Shown piece after piece: positions 47,649 to 57,064 of a DNA stretch of 64,000 nucleotides. Origin of the DNA: Alphaproteobacteria bacterium (GTDB taxonomy: Bacteria; Pseudomonadota; Alphaproteobacteria; MPNO01); contig OZ219865.1 of the NCBI GenBank assembly GCA_964291675.2, positions 832,001 through 896,000 on the forward strand. The letters run 5' to 3'. The notes below the pieces were generated by a model. It made no database searches and was not told the DNA's origin. It saw only the letters and a list, made by a program, of their open reading frames with translations. How positions within the stretch are numbered: the first letter of the stretch is position 1; every line of letters starts with the position of its first letter. A program made the translations under genes and the position numbers.

Positions 47649-48758
47649 CTACCGGTCCCAGAACGGGTAGTCGGTGTAGCCCTCCGCCCCGCCGCCGTAA
47701 TAGGTCTTGCGCACCGGCTCGTTGAGCGGCCCGCCGCCGAACAGCCGTTTCGGCAGGTCGGGGTTGGCGAGGAACAGGGTGGCGTAGGACACCAGATCGG
47801 CCTGCCCCGCCTCCAGCACCGCCTCGCCGCGCGGGCCGTCATAGGCCGAGTTGACGATCAGCGCGCGGCCGAATTTTTCGCGCAGCGTGCGGAACAGCGG
47901 CGGACGGGCGGCGACGAACTCGCGCGGCTCGCTCGCTTCGGCGTCGCGCCCGGGCGCATCCGATTCGACGACGTGGAGCCAGGCGATGCCCAGGCGATCC
48001 AGCGCCCCGGCCAGCGCCGCGAAGGTGGAATCGGGCGCGCTGTCCGTCATGTCGTTGAAGCGCTGATAGGGCGAGATCCGGTAGCCCACCCGGTCGGCGC
48101 CCCAGATCTCCGACACCGCTTCCGCGACCTCCAGCGGCAGACGCAGCCGGTTGGCGAGCGTCCCGCCATAGGCGTCGCGCCGCGCGTTGGTGCCGTCGCG
48201 GACGAACTGGTCGAGCAGGTAGCCGTTGCCGCCATGGATCTCGACCGCGTCGAACCCGGCCTCCATGGCGTTGCGCGCGCCCTGGCGGAACTGCTGGACG
48301 ATGCCGGGGATCTCGGCGGTCTGGAGCGCCCTCGGCGTCTCGAAGGGCTGCATGCCGGCGAAGGTCATGGCCTCTCCCGCGGCGGCGATCGCCGACGGCG
48401 CCACGGGCAACGCCCCGCCGGGCTGGAGCGAGGAGTGGGAGATCCGCCCGACATGCCAGAGCTGCAGCGCGATCCGCCCGCCGCCGCGGTGGACCGCGTC
48501 GGTCACCGCCCGCCAGCCGGCGACCTGCTCGGGCGAATGGATGCCGGGCGTGAGCGGGTAGCCGACGCCCTGCTCGCTCACCTGCGTGGCCTCGGTGATG
48601 ACCAGCGCCGCCGATGCGCGCTGGCGGTAGTACTCGGCATTCAGCGCCTGCGGCACATTGCCGCTTCCGGCCCGGTTGCGCGTCATCGGCGCCATCGCGA
48701 CCCGGTGCGGCAGCTCCAGCGGGCCGATACGGCAGGGCCGCGCCAGCGCCTCGCTCAT
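47649..48758 (-). CDS. Old yellow enzyme-family alkene reductase (NemA-like)
   Basis: MAPMTRNRA, QLWHVGRISH, EIHGGNGYL, ANPDL, GYTDYP. Confidence 0.92.
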   Translation of the reverse strand: MSEALARPCRIGPLELPHRVAMAPMTRNRAGSGNVPQALNAEYYRQRASAALVITEATQVSEQGVGYPLTPGIHSPEQVAGWRAVTDAVHRGGGRIALQLWHVGRISHSSLQPGGALPVAPSAIAAAGEAMTFAGMQPFETPRALQTAEIPGIVQQFRQGARNAMEAGFDAVEIHGGNGYLLDQFVRDGTNARRDAYGGTLANRLRLPLEVAEAVSEIWGADRVGYRISPYQRFNDMTDSAPDSTFAALAGALDRLGIAWLHVVESDAPGRDAEASEPREFVAARPPLFRTLREKFGRALIVNSAYDGPRGEAVLEAGQADLVSYATLFLANPDLPKRLFGGGPLNEPVRKTYYGGGAEGYTDYPFWDR

Positions 48759-48773
48759 CGCCGGCGACCCGCC

Positions 48774-49556
48774 CTAGAGCAGGAAATCACGCAGCGCGGC
48801 GGTGTAGCCCTCGGGCTGCTCGACGTTCGAGAGATGGCCGGCGGGGGAGAGCTCCACATACCGCGCGCCCTCGACCAGCCCGGCGATGCGGCTCATCGTC
48901 GCCGCCGGGGTCGCCCCGTCCTCCTTGCCGGCGATGAACAGCGTGCGCGTCCTGATCTCGCCCAGGCGCTTCTCGAAATCGAGCCCCTGGAGCGCGCGGG
49001 CGCAGCCGATGAAGCCGCCGGATGGGGTGGCGGCGACCATCGCGCGCAGATCTTCGAGCACCGGCGTCGCCGAATCGAGGAAATGGTCGGACGACCAGCG
49101 TTCGACCGTCGGCTGGGCGAGCGCCTGCATCCCCTGCTGCTCGACGATGGCGATGCGCTCGTCCCAGGCGGCGACGAAGGGCGCCGGCGCCTCGGCGATG
49201 GCGTTGGAGATCACGATGGAGTTCAGCCGGTCGGGGTGGTCGAGCGCGAGCCCCATCGCCGTCATGCCGCCGATGGAGAGCCCGACGAAGTGGCTATTTT
49301 CGATACCGAGCGCGTCCCACAGACCGATCACGTCGCCGACCAGCATCGAGAAGTCGTAGGCGCCGTCCGGCACGTCGCTCCCGCCGTGGCCGCGCTTGTC
49401 GTAGCGCAGGATGCGGAAATCGTCGGCGAGCGCGGCGGCCTGGTCGTCCCACATATGGAGGTTGGTGGCCAGCGAGTTCGAGAAGGTGAGCCAGGGCGCG
49501 CCCTCCCTGCCCTCGACCTCGCAGTTCAACGCCACCCCGTTCGCCTCGATTTTCAT
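48774..49556 (-). CDS. pcaD: 3-oxoadipate enol-lactonase-like hydrolase
   Basis: SNSLATNLHMWD, YDKRGHG, GLSIGG, GHLSNVEQP. Confidence 0.8.
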   Translation of the reverse strand: MKIEANGVALNCEVEGREGAPWLTFSNSLATNLHMWDDQAAALADDFRILRYDKRGHGGSDVPDGAYDFSMLVGDVIGLWDALGIENSHFVGLSIGGMTAMGLALDHPDRLNSIVISNAIAEAPAPFVAAWDERIAIVEQQGMQALAQPTVERWSSDHFLDSATPVLEDLRAMVAATPSGGFIGCARALQGLDFEKRLGEIRTRTLFIAGKEDGATPAATMSRIAGLVEGARYVELSPAGHLSNVEQPEGYTAALRDFLL

Positions 49557-49679
49557 CGCCGCGCTCCGCCGGTTGTCCCGATTCGCGGCGCCACCATAGG
49601 GATGCCCGCACAGGGTGTCACGGGGCGGCGGCGTTCTCCGGTCTGCGCCCCGTCCTGCGGAGCGGAGCGGAGCCGACCG

Positions 49680-50096
49680 TCACGAAGACCGCAACAGGTT
49701 GTGGAAGGGCTCGGTGTCCTTCCAGCGATACGCGTCGAAATCGCGCCAATCGGTGGAGAGTATCCGGCCGTCGCCGCGCTCGGTCGCCGCAAGAACGAGC
49801 GTGGCGTCTGCCAGGTCCATCGGAAGACTCGCGTATTTCTCCATCAACCTGCGGATCGCGCCGAGATGCGCATGGCCGATGCCGTGGATTTCGACATTTT
49901 GCGAAATCTGTTCGACGAAGCGCGACTGCGCCGTCGCGCCCAGACGGGTCAGGATCAAATGGCAGGCCTCGGTAACGACCGGCCATGTCACGACCAGCGT
50001 GTCGTCGAGCTCCCGGCTGGCCGCCACCGCCGTCTCGTGCCAACGATCCCGGGCATTGGCCAGCGCCACCCAGTAGCCGGTATCAGCCAGCGCCAT
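49680..50096 (-). CDS. vapC: PIN-domain toxin (VapC family)
   Basis: LADTG, VVTEA, MDLADA, TDWRDF acidic PIN residues. Confidence 0.9.
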   Translation of the reverse strand: MALADTGYWVALANARDRWHETAVAASRELDDTLVVTWPVVTEACHLILTRLGATAQSRFVEQISQNVEIHGIGHAHLGAIRRLMEKYASLPMDLADATLVLAATERGDGRILSTDWRDFDAYRWKDTEPFHNLLRSS

Positions 50097-50343
50097 GCTT
50101 GTCGTCGAGGCTTCGCGTGAGATAGCGCTTGTAATCGCTGGCGAGATCTTCGGGGCCCTCGGCGCAACCGATGAAATCGCTGGACAGCAGGTCGTCGATC
50201 TTCTTGCGCGATTGCTCCGCCCTCTGCCGATGCAGGAGGTCTATGGCCTGCCTGACGATTTCGCTCGTGCCGAGACGCGTCGAGGTCTGGATCTGCTTCA
50301 GCTTCTCGGCCCGCTCTTCATCAAGCCTGGCGTTGATCCTCAT
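50083..50343 (-). CDS. vapB: Ribbon-helix-helix antitoxin (VapB/CopG-like)
   Basis: RINARLDE...SEIVRQAI RHH pattern. Overlaps the toxin start. Confidence 0.85.
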   Translation of the reverse strand: MRINARLDEERAEKLKQIQTSTRLGTSEIVRQAIDLLHRQRAEQSRKKIDDLLSSDFIGCAEGPEDLASDYKRYLTRSLDDKHGAG

Positions 50344-50368
50344 TCCTCGACCCTTCCATTCGAAACTG

Positions 50369-50409
50369 CCGATACCGGTTGTATGACATGGTCATACAAC
50401 CGGTATCGG
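50369..50409. promoter_or_regulatory. Perfect 19-bp inverted repeat, probable TA autoregulatory operator
   Basis: CCGATACCGGTTGTATGAC-ATG-GTCATACAACCGGTATCGG, 25 nt upstream of the antitoxin ATG. Confidence 0.75.
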
Positions 50410-50460
50410 TCAACGTCCTCCGGCGATGGAGATGCGCGAACGGGCGATTCTGCGCGGAAC

Positions 50461-51597
50461 CTATCTGAGCCCCGCCTCGACCATCAGCGGGTAGGTGTCG
50501 ACGGCGAATTCCGCCATCCCCTCCTCGTAGCGCGCCCAGGAGGTCAGCACGCCGTCGATCCCGGTGTCGGCGAGCTTGAGATAGGTGTCGACGATCTGCT
50601 CGCGCGTGCCGATCACCGGCCAGCCCGCCCAGCCGGCGATGAAGTGCTCGCGCAGGAAGTCGAGCGCCTCGGGCGGCACGGTCTGGGCGTTGATGCCGAG
50701 CCCCTCGGTGAGGTTGGTCGCGGCCTCCCAGTCGCCGTGCTGGTGGACGTAGTAGTCGTAGAAGTCGCGCGCGTCCTTCTCGGTGTCGCCCTGGACGATA
50801 TAGGTGTGGGTCCACACCGCCACCTCGCGGCCGTATTCCCTGCGCGCGAGGTCCTTGTAGGTGGCGATCTGCGCCGCCAGATCGTCCATGTCGTGGTTGA
50901 CCACGACGATGAACGCGACGTCGCAGTACTTGGCGGCGAAATGGCGCCCGCGCTCCGACCCGCCGGCGTTCATGAAGGGCGGGCGCGGCGACTGGATCGG
51001 CTTGGGGAGGAGCTGGCCGCCGCCGATGCGATAGAACTCGCCCTCGTAGTCGAACAGCTCGTGCTCGGTCCACAGCCGGCGGATGATCTCGACCCACTCG
51101 ACCGCCATGTCGTAGCGCCGGTCGTGGTCCGGCACGTCGATGCCGAACAGCCGGAACTCGGACTCGTTCCACCCGGTCACCACGTTGAGCACGAAGCGCC
51201 CGCCCGAGATGTGGTCGATCGTGGTGGCCTGCTTGGCCGCCATCACCGGGTGGACGGTGGGCACGTGCGAGGTCGCGAATATGGCGGAATTCTCGTTGAC
51301 CCCGGCGATCCCGGCGGCCCAGGAATAGCACTCGAACCCGGCGCCGTTGAAATCGGTGGTCCCGCCGAAGCCGCGCCAGCGCCCGACCGGCACCAGGGCC
51401 TCGTAGTCCATCCGGTCGGCGAGCTCGGCGAGCGCCACCGTCGCCGGCCAGGTCGCCTCCAGCGTGCCCTCGATCGAGGAGATGGCGCAGCCCTGCTTCA
51501 GGTTGGAGCAGAACGTCCCCATCTTGAGCCGGCGGTCGCCGAACAGCGGGTTGGTCGCCGGCGGATCGGCGAGCAGGCTCGGGACCTCCGGTTTCAC
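50461..51597 (-). CDS. Luciferase-like (LLM) flavin-dependent monooxygenase
   Basis: PVGRWRG, HPVMAAKQ, DHISGGRFVLNVVTGW, NAGGS. GTG start overlaps the upstream stop. Confidence 0.88.
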   Translation of the reverse strand: MKPEVPSLLADPPATNPLFGDRRLKMGTFCSNLKQGCAISSIEGTLEATWPATVALAELADRMDYEALVPVGRWRGFGGTTDFNGAGFECYSWAAGIAGVNENSAIFATSHVPTVHPVMAAKQATTIDHISGGRFVLNVVTGWNESEFRLFGIDVPDHDRRYDMAVEWVEIIRRLWTEHELFDYEGEFYRIGGGQLLPKPIQSPRPPFMNAGGSERGRHFAAKYCDVAFIVVVNHDMDDLAAQIATYKDLARREYGREVAVWTHTYIVQGDTEKDARDFYDYYVHQHGDWEAATNLTEGLGINAQTVPPEALDFLREHFIAGWAGWPVIGTREQIVDTYLKLADTGIDGVLTSWARYEEGMAEFAVDTYPLMVEAGLR

Positions 51598-52700
51598 TCG
51601 GCCGCCTCGTCGACGCCGATGGCCGCGTTCAGCCGCGGCATCACCTCGTTCGCCATCAGATCCATCGAGCGCCGCGACAGCGCCTTGTCGACCCAGTCGT
51701 GCCCGGCATAGACCAGGGTGCCGAAATCGCCGATGAATTCGCGGAAGGCGAGGAGCTGGTCGACCACGCTGTCGACCGTGCCGGCGATGACCAGCCGGTC
51801 GGTCACGTAGTCCAGCGTCACCGCCTCGTCGGGCATCGACTGGTCGTGCTTGAACAGGTTCGACCGCCCGGCGCTGATCAGCTTCTGCATCAACTGCCTG
51901 TAGTAGAAGCGGTAGGGGCCGTTCGCGTTCTCCAGCGCGTATGCGCGCGCCGTCCTCTCGTCGTCGGCGACGAACACGCTCTTCGCCACCCGCCAGTCGG
52001 CGGGGTCGGCGACGCGCCCCGCCCGCTCGCACCCCTCGACGTATTTGGGCCAATGCGTCCGGACCCATTCCGGCATCAGGAAGTTGGCCGAGATCGAGGT
52101 CCAGCCGCGCGCCGCCGCCTCGACCAGCCCCTTCGAATAGGGCGCCACCACGGTGACCACGATCGGCGGGTGCGGCTTCTGGTAGGGGCCGACGATCACC
52201 CCCTGGCCGATCTCCTCGATCAGCGACTCCTCGGTCGTGATGGTCCAGTACTTGCCCTTGAGCCGGTAGGGCGGGTCGGTCGACCAGATCGCCAGCACGT
52301 GGTCGATCGATTCCACGAACATCTCGTTCCTGTCCCGGTGCAGGATGCCGAGCGCCTCGGCGTCGGATTTGAGCGCGCCCGGGCTGATCCCGAACAGGAA
52401 CCGGCCTTCGAGGATGTTGTCGATCATCGCCACCTGGCCGGCGATGATCGCCGGGTGGTTGAGCGACATGTTCACCGTGCCGCTGCCGAGCACGATGTCG
52501 CGCGTGTCGTGCGCGAGGCTCGCGATGAACATCAGGCACGAGGTCACCGTCTCGGCGCGGTCGGTGACATGCTCGCCGATGAACGCCTCGGCGAAGCCGA
52601 GCCGGTCGGCGAGCAGGATCGCCTCGCGGTCCTCCTTCAGCGTCTCCGCGTAGTTCCGCGACGGCGGGTGCAGCGGCATGGTGAAATAGCTGAGCTTCAT
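51594..52700 (-). CDS. Luciferase-like (LLM) flavin-dependent monooxygenase
   Basis: FTMPLHP, FIGEH, GRFLFGISPG, PYQKPHPPI. Confidence 0.88.
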   Translation of the reverse strand: MKLSYFTMPLHPPSRNYAETLKEDREAILLADRLGFAEAFIGEHVTDRAETVTSCLMFIASLAHDTRDIVLGSGTVNMSLNHPAIIAGQVAMIDNILEGRFLFGISPGALKSDAEALGILHRDRNEMFVESIDHVLAIWSTDPPYRLKGKYWTITTEESLIEEIGQGVIVGPYQKPHPPIVVTVVAPYSKGLVEAAARGWTSISANFLMPEWVRTHWPKYVEGCERAGRVADPADWRVAKSVFVADDERTARAYALENANGPYRFYYRQLMQKLISAGRSNLFKHDQSMPDEAVTLDYVTDRLVIAGTVDSVVDQLLAFREFIGDFGTLVYAGHDWVDKALSRRSMDLMANEVMPRLNAAIGVDEAAE

Positions 52701-52730
52701 CAACGCTCCTCCCGGCGCCGCGGGCGCCGC

Positions 52731-53672
52731 CTATTCGGTGGCGTGGGCGACGAACTTTTCCGGGATCGGCTCGCCCCATTGCGAGTTGAGCCCGTCCTCG
52801 AAGGCGATCAGATTGGCCGGCGTGTCGCTGTTCAGGCGGTCGGAATCGGTCCAGTGCTCGTGCACCCGGCCCCAGGGGTCCGCCCAGTAGTCATAGACCT
52901 GGCTCCCCAGGACATGGCGGCCGAGCCCCCAGAAATGCTCGTACTTGTCGAGCGTCCGCATGTGCTCGTGCCCCATGATCACGTCGTCGATGTCCTGCAC
53001 CTCGAAGGCCATGTGGTTGAGCCCGGCCTTGGGCCCGTCGATATAGAGGAACACGTGGTGGTCGACATATTCCTTGCCCTTGTCGATCCGGTTGAAGGAC
53101 AGGATGATGTTGTCCTTCTCGCCGGCATAGACGTCGTCCGAGCACACCAGCCCGAGGGTCGCGCGCACCCAGGCGATGGATTTCTTGAGGTCGGGCGTCA
53201 TCATCACCGCGTGGCCGATGCGCTTGACATGCGACGGACCGCGGTCGATGCGCGTCAGCTCGCCCTTCCGCGCCAGCCGCTCGGGTCCCATGTTGAGCGC
53301 GAAACGCGGGATCTCGATGGGCTCCAGCATCTCGATCCCGTGCACGATCTCGATGGTGTAGCCGTTGGGCTCGCTGAGCCGCACCCGCCTGCCGCCGCCC
53401 GGCTCGTCCATCTCCTCGACCGGCGAGGCGCCGTCGATGCGGGCGGCCTTCTCCAGCTCGTCCGCGCTGTCGACGTTGAAGGCGAGCGAGACGAAGCCCG
53501 GATCGCCGAGCTCGGTGACGTGGATGTGGTGCTCGGGATCGGTGCCGCGCATGTAGAGCGCGGTCTTGGTCCGCTCCGCCCGCACCATGCCGAAATTGGT
53601 CAGGAACTCCTCCTGCCGGTCGAGGTCCGGAGACCGTATCCGGCCATAGGCGACATCGCTCACCTTGATCAT
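52731..53672 (-). CDS. Two-domain VOC extradiol dioxygenase-like protein
   Basis: RIGHAV, DHH, LNHMAFEV, WGLGRHVLGSQVYDYWADPWG..EH. Confidence 0.85.
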   Translation of the reverse strand: MIKVSDVAYGRIRSPDLDRQEEFLTNFGMVRAERTKTALYMRGTDPEHHIHVTELGDPGFVSLAFNVDSADELEKAARIDGASPVEEMDEPGGGRRVRLSEPNGYTIEIVHGIEMLEPIEIPRFALNMGPERLARKGELTRIDRGPSHVKRIGHAVMMTPDLKKSIAWVRATLGLVCSDDVYAGEKDNIILSFNRIDKGKEYVDHHVFLYIDGPKAGLNHMAFEVQDIDDVIMGHEHMRTLDKYEHFWGLGRHVLGSQVYDYWADPWGRVHEHWTDSDRLNSDTPANLIAFEDGLNSQWGEPIPEKFVAHATE

Positions 53673-53825
53673 CGCTGCTCTCCCGATCTTCGATTTCGGC
53701 GATATTAGGTGCACCCGCGCGATACCGAAAGGTCTATCGGCTGCGTCCGGCGCCGCGACTTCGCCCTGTTGCGTTACCCCCGCCGGAAGTATGGAATGCC
53801 CCGCGACCACGACAGGGAGGACGAC

Positions 53826-54611
53826 ATGGATCTCGGTCTCAAGGGACGGAAGGCGGCGATCTCGGGCGCGAGCGACGGGCTGGGCTACGCGGCGGCGCTG
53901 GCGCTCGCCGGGGAGGGTTGCGACATCGCGATCTCGGCGCGCGGCCAGGAACAGCTCGACAAGGCGGCGGCGTCCATCGAGGCCAGGGGGGTGAGCGCCG
54001 TCGGAATCGCCTGCGACATGTCGAGCGAGCAGGGCTGCGCGGCGTTCGTGAACCGGGCCGCCGACGGGCTCGGCGGGATCGACATCCTGATCAACTGCGT
54101 CGGCGGCATGACCCCGGGCAACCTGGATTCGCTGAGCGCCGACAACTGGGACGAGATCGTCAACCGCAACCTGATGGCCTACGTCCACACCACCAAGGCG
54201 GCGGTGCCGCATCTGGAGAAGTCGGACGCGGCGCGCGTGCTCAACGTCTCCGGCATCTCCGGCAAGCAGCTCATGCCGGGCTCGTTCTCCACCGCGATCC
54301 CGAATGCCGGCATCAACGCGTTCACCAAGCTGATGGCGGGCGAGCTGGCGGCCCGGGGGATCCTGGTCAATAATCTCTGCCCGGGCATCGTGGATACGCC
54401 GCGCTGGACGCCGCGCCGCGAGGCGATGGCCAAGGTCAGGGGCGTCACCGCGGACGAGGTCGAGAAGCAGTTCGCGGCCAACGCCATGCTCGGCCGCTGG
54501 GGCAAGCCGGAGGAGATCGGCGACGTCGCCGCCTTCATGGTCTCGCCGCGCAACAGCTACATGACCGGCTCGACGGTTGAAGTCTGCGGCGGCTGGGGCA
54601 AGTATTTCTGA
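53826..54611 (+). CDS. SDR family oxidoreductase (atypical active site)
   Basis: SGASDGLG, DILINCVG, PGIVDT. No YxxxK. Confidence 0.88.
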   Translation: MDLGLKGRKAAISGASDGLGYAAALALAGEGCDIAISARGQEQLDKAAASIEARGVSAVGIACDMSSEQGCAAFVNRAADGLGGIDILINCVGGMTPGNLDSLSADNWDEIVNRNLMAYVHTTKAAVPHLEKSDAARVLNVSGISGKQLMPGSFSTAIPNAGINAFTKLMAGELAARGILVNNLCPGIVDTPRWTPRREAMAKVRGVTADEVEKQFAANAMLGRWGKPEEIGDVAAFMVSPRNSYMTGSTVEVCGGWGKYF

Positions 54612-54634
54612 TCCAACCAAGGACGGAGGACACG

Positions 54635-55150
54635 ATGGCGGAACAGGCTGAACTGCCGGCGGTCGAGACCGCGGCCGAGCCCGCGCTCAAGCTCAACTTC
54701 CTGTCGCACGGCACGCTGGAGTCGAAGAACCTGGAGCGCGCGCGCGAGTTCTACACCGATTTCCTCGGGCTCCAGGTGGTCCGCACCAGCCCGATCTCCC
54801 TGCTCATCCGCCTCGGCGGGCCCAACACGATCGCCGTGGTCGAGCAGAAGAACCGCACCGAGGAAATGCCGATGCTCAACCACAACGGGCTCGACGTGGA
54901 GACCCAGGAGGAGGTCGACGCGGCGCACGGGACCGTGGTCGCGGAGGCCGAGAAATGGGGGCTGCACCGGATCTCCAGGCCCAAGCTGCAGCACGGCACC
55001 TACAGCTTCTTCTTCTGGGACATGGACAACAATTGCTGGGAGATCCTGACCAACCCGCAGGGCGGCTACAGCTGGCTGTTCGAGAAGGGGGACCTCGCCG
55101 GCAAGGGGCATCTCGACCGGAACTTCGAGCGCCCCGGCATGCGCGAGTAG
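54635..55150 (+). CDS. VOC family protein
   Basis: LSHGTL, HNGLDV, SFFFWDMDNNCWEI. Confidence 0.82.
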   Translation: MAEQAELPAVETAAEPALKLNFLSHGTLESKNLERAREFYTDFLGLQVVRTSPISLLIRLGGPNTIAVVEQKNRTEEMPMLNHNGLDVETQEEVDAAHGTVVAEAEKWGLHRISRPKLQHGTYSFFFWDMDNNCWEILTNPQGGYSWLFEKGDLAGKGHLDRNFERPGMRE

Positions 55151-55432
55151 CCATCCGCCTCCGGCTCCGCACGGGAAGTCGTGCGGCCACCGGTTCGCAC
55201 GCCGACGCGCAATCTATGGTGAAAGTGCAGGCAAGCGGGCAAGTCGGGGGCGTGGATAGAATCCAGGGCGCGCGAGTATCGGTATGCCTGCAATGGGAAG
55301 GCGCAAGAGACCGCCACGGTGGCAGGAAGGCAGCCACGAGTTTGAAGTCGCCATCCCCGTAGAAGAGGCCGGGGCGTCGAAGAGGGAACGGTCCGGGTCG
55401 GGATCGCCTGGAAAGTACCCCGGAGCAGGTCG

Positions 55433-56953
55433 ATGAACGCCCGCGAGGAGACCCTGTGGGAAATCGACCGTGCCCAGCACGAGATGGCGATCGTCCGGGC
55501 CTCGCTGAACGAGGACCAGGAGGAAATGACCGTCCGGCAGGCGGACGGTCTCCACCGGGCTCTCCTGCACGCGTGCCGGGCCTGGTGCAGGACGCACCTG
55601 CGCTGTAAAGACGCGAGACAAGACAACGAAGCCATCTATTCGGCCTTACTCCAGAAAGCTCCGGAAGACCTGCGGCAAGCGTTCGCCGAAGCCTTCGCAA
55701 TGACGTCTTTCGCAGTGCGCTGGGCCTCGACCGCGGAGGCCCTGACGGCGGTACAGAGCGCGGTGGACGCCTTGCTGGAGGCTGCCTCCAACCCGCCCCG
55801 AAACCGCCGCCGGTTTCCGGCGAATCTCAGGACCAATCGTCCCATTCGAAAGCCCCGCGCGGGGCCGGGAAGCATGATCGATACCGGGCGCTACCGGCCG
55901 GCCGTGGTCGTCGAGACGACACCCGAACCGCCTCACGTCATGAAACTGTCCTACGGCGATGAGATCGACGAGGATTTTCGCCCGCACATCTCCGACTGGA
56001 AGTCGGTCCGCAAGCGGAAGCGGCTTCCGTCGCTCCGGGACGTATTCTCGCCCGGCGACTGGATCCGCCACCCCTATTCCGGGTTTGGCCGGGTTGTCGA
56101 GGTACGAAATTCGACCATGGACGTGGACTACCGGGGTAGAACTGCGACCGTCGCCCCGCCGGCCGATCTGTCGCGATTCGAAAAAGTGGACGATCCCGGC
56201 CCCGAAGACTCCTCGCCGGTTGCCGAACGCTTGCCGCCGGGCACCTGGATCGAGCAGGACCGCTTCGGCCGTGGCGTCGTTCTCGCCGTCGAAGACGACG
56301 TACTCAGCGTGCTCTTCAACGACCGAGTCGTTCGAATCTTCGAACCCGGGGACCGGGAGGGGCCGGTTATCTGGAAGCTGGACACGGCACCGCTCGATCT
56401 GCGCACGCCTTGGGGCCGACGGTGGGTCTGGTGGTGGCAACACACGGATATCTGCCCCGAAACCGTGTGCCCATGTTGCGGGTATCCCAATTACGGTTCG
56501 GGCGATAGGAGCTCAGAACCGCGCGAATGTATCATCTGCGGATATCCCGATTTCGGAACCGGGATCGAATGCGACGATGAGCCACTCGTCCTCAGGGACG
56601 GGGTCTGGTGGGAACATATCGACGATTACTATCATACGGAACCGGAAGAATCGGAACCTACGTTCGTCGGTCCGACCCGTCGAGATTGGGAGACTTCGGG
56701 GTACAGCCTGCGGGAAGCCCGGCGCAACTTCGAGCGCACGGGCACCATGTTTCGCCCGGGAGACGACGACGCTTTGGCCTTCGGTAAGTCGGCGGGTCTT
56801 CGCCGATCGCTGGTCGGGCTCTTGGAGGAGACGATGGCCGAACCCGCCCGCTGGAACGAGGGAGTCGGCGAGACCGTGGAACGGGTCAAGCGGGAGATCC
56901 TCTCGGAACGAAAATGGGGGGCCGCGGCCGCGCGGAACGGGACACGCTCATGA
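55433..56953 (+). CDS. Hypothetical multidomain protein: HEPN-like N-terminus, two Tudor/SH3-like repeats, CPCC Cys-rich domain
   Basis: 506-aa ORF with non-shadow composition. CPCCGY...CIICGY...SLREARRNF. Repeats FSPGDWIRHPYSGFGRVVEV and LPPGTWIEQDRFGRGVVLAV. Confidence 0.7.
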   Translation: MNAREETLWEIDRAQHEMAIVRASLNEDQEEMTVRQADGLHRALLHACRAWCRTHLRCKDARQDNEAIYSALLQKAPEDLRQAFAEAFAMTSFAVRWASTAEALTAVQSAVDALLEAASNPPRNRRRFPANLRTNRPIRKPRAGPGSMIDTGRYRPAVVVETTPEPPHVMKLSYGDEIDEDFRPHISDWKSVRKRKRLPSLRDVFSPGDWIRHPYSGFGRVVEVRNSTMDVDYRGRTATVAPPADLSRFEKVDDPGPEDSSPVAERLPPGTWIEQDRFGRGVVLAVEDDVLSVLFNDRVVRIFEPGDREGPVIWKLDTAPLDLRTPWGRRWVWWWQHTDICPETVCPCCGYPNYGSGDRSSEPRECIICGYPDFGTGIECDDEPLVLRDGVWWEHIDDYYHTEPEESEPTFVGPTRRDWETSGYSLREARRNFERTGTMFRPGDDDALAFGKSAGLRRSLVGLLEETMAEPARWNEGVGETVERVKREILSERKWGAAAARNGTRS

Positions 56954-57064
56954 ACCGCAAACTTCGCGTTCGACGTTGCATCGGTGCATCGACGACTCAA
57001 ATCGGACCGCCCCGACTGCGCGAGAAACCGGCCTGGGCGGGCCGGAACTCGGAAAGGAACATGG

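Noticed and set aside
49657-49673. GCGGA x3 microrepeat downstream of vapC
   Set aside because: Too short to be meaningful in GC-rich DNA
50461-52779. Apparent 772-aa LLM fusion
   Set aside because: The N-terminal half is an off-frame read of the upstream LLM gene. The two genes are coupled by a GTGA overlap.
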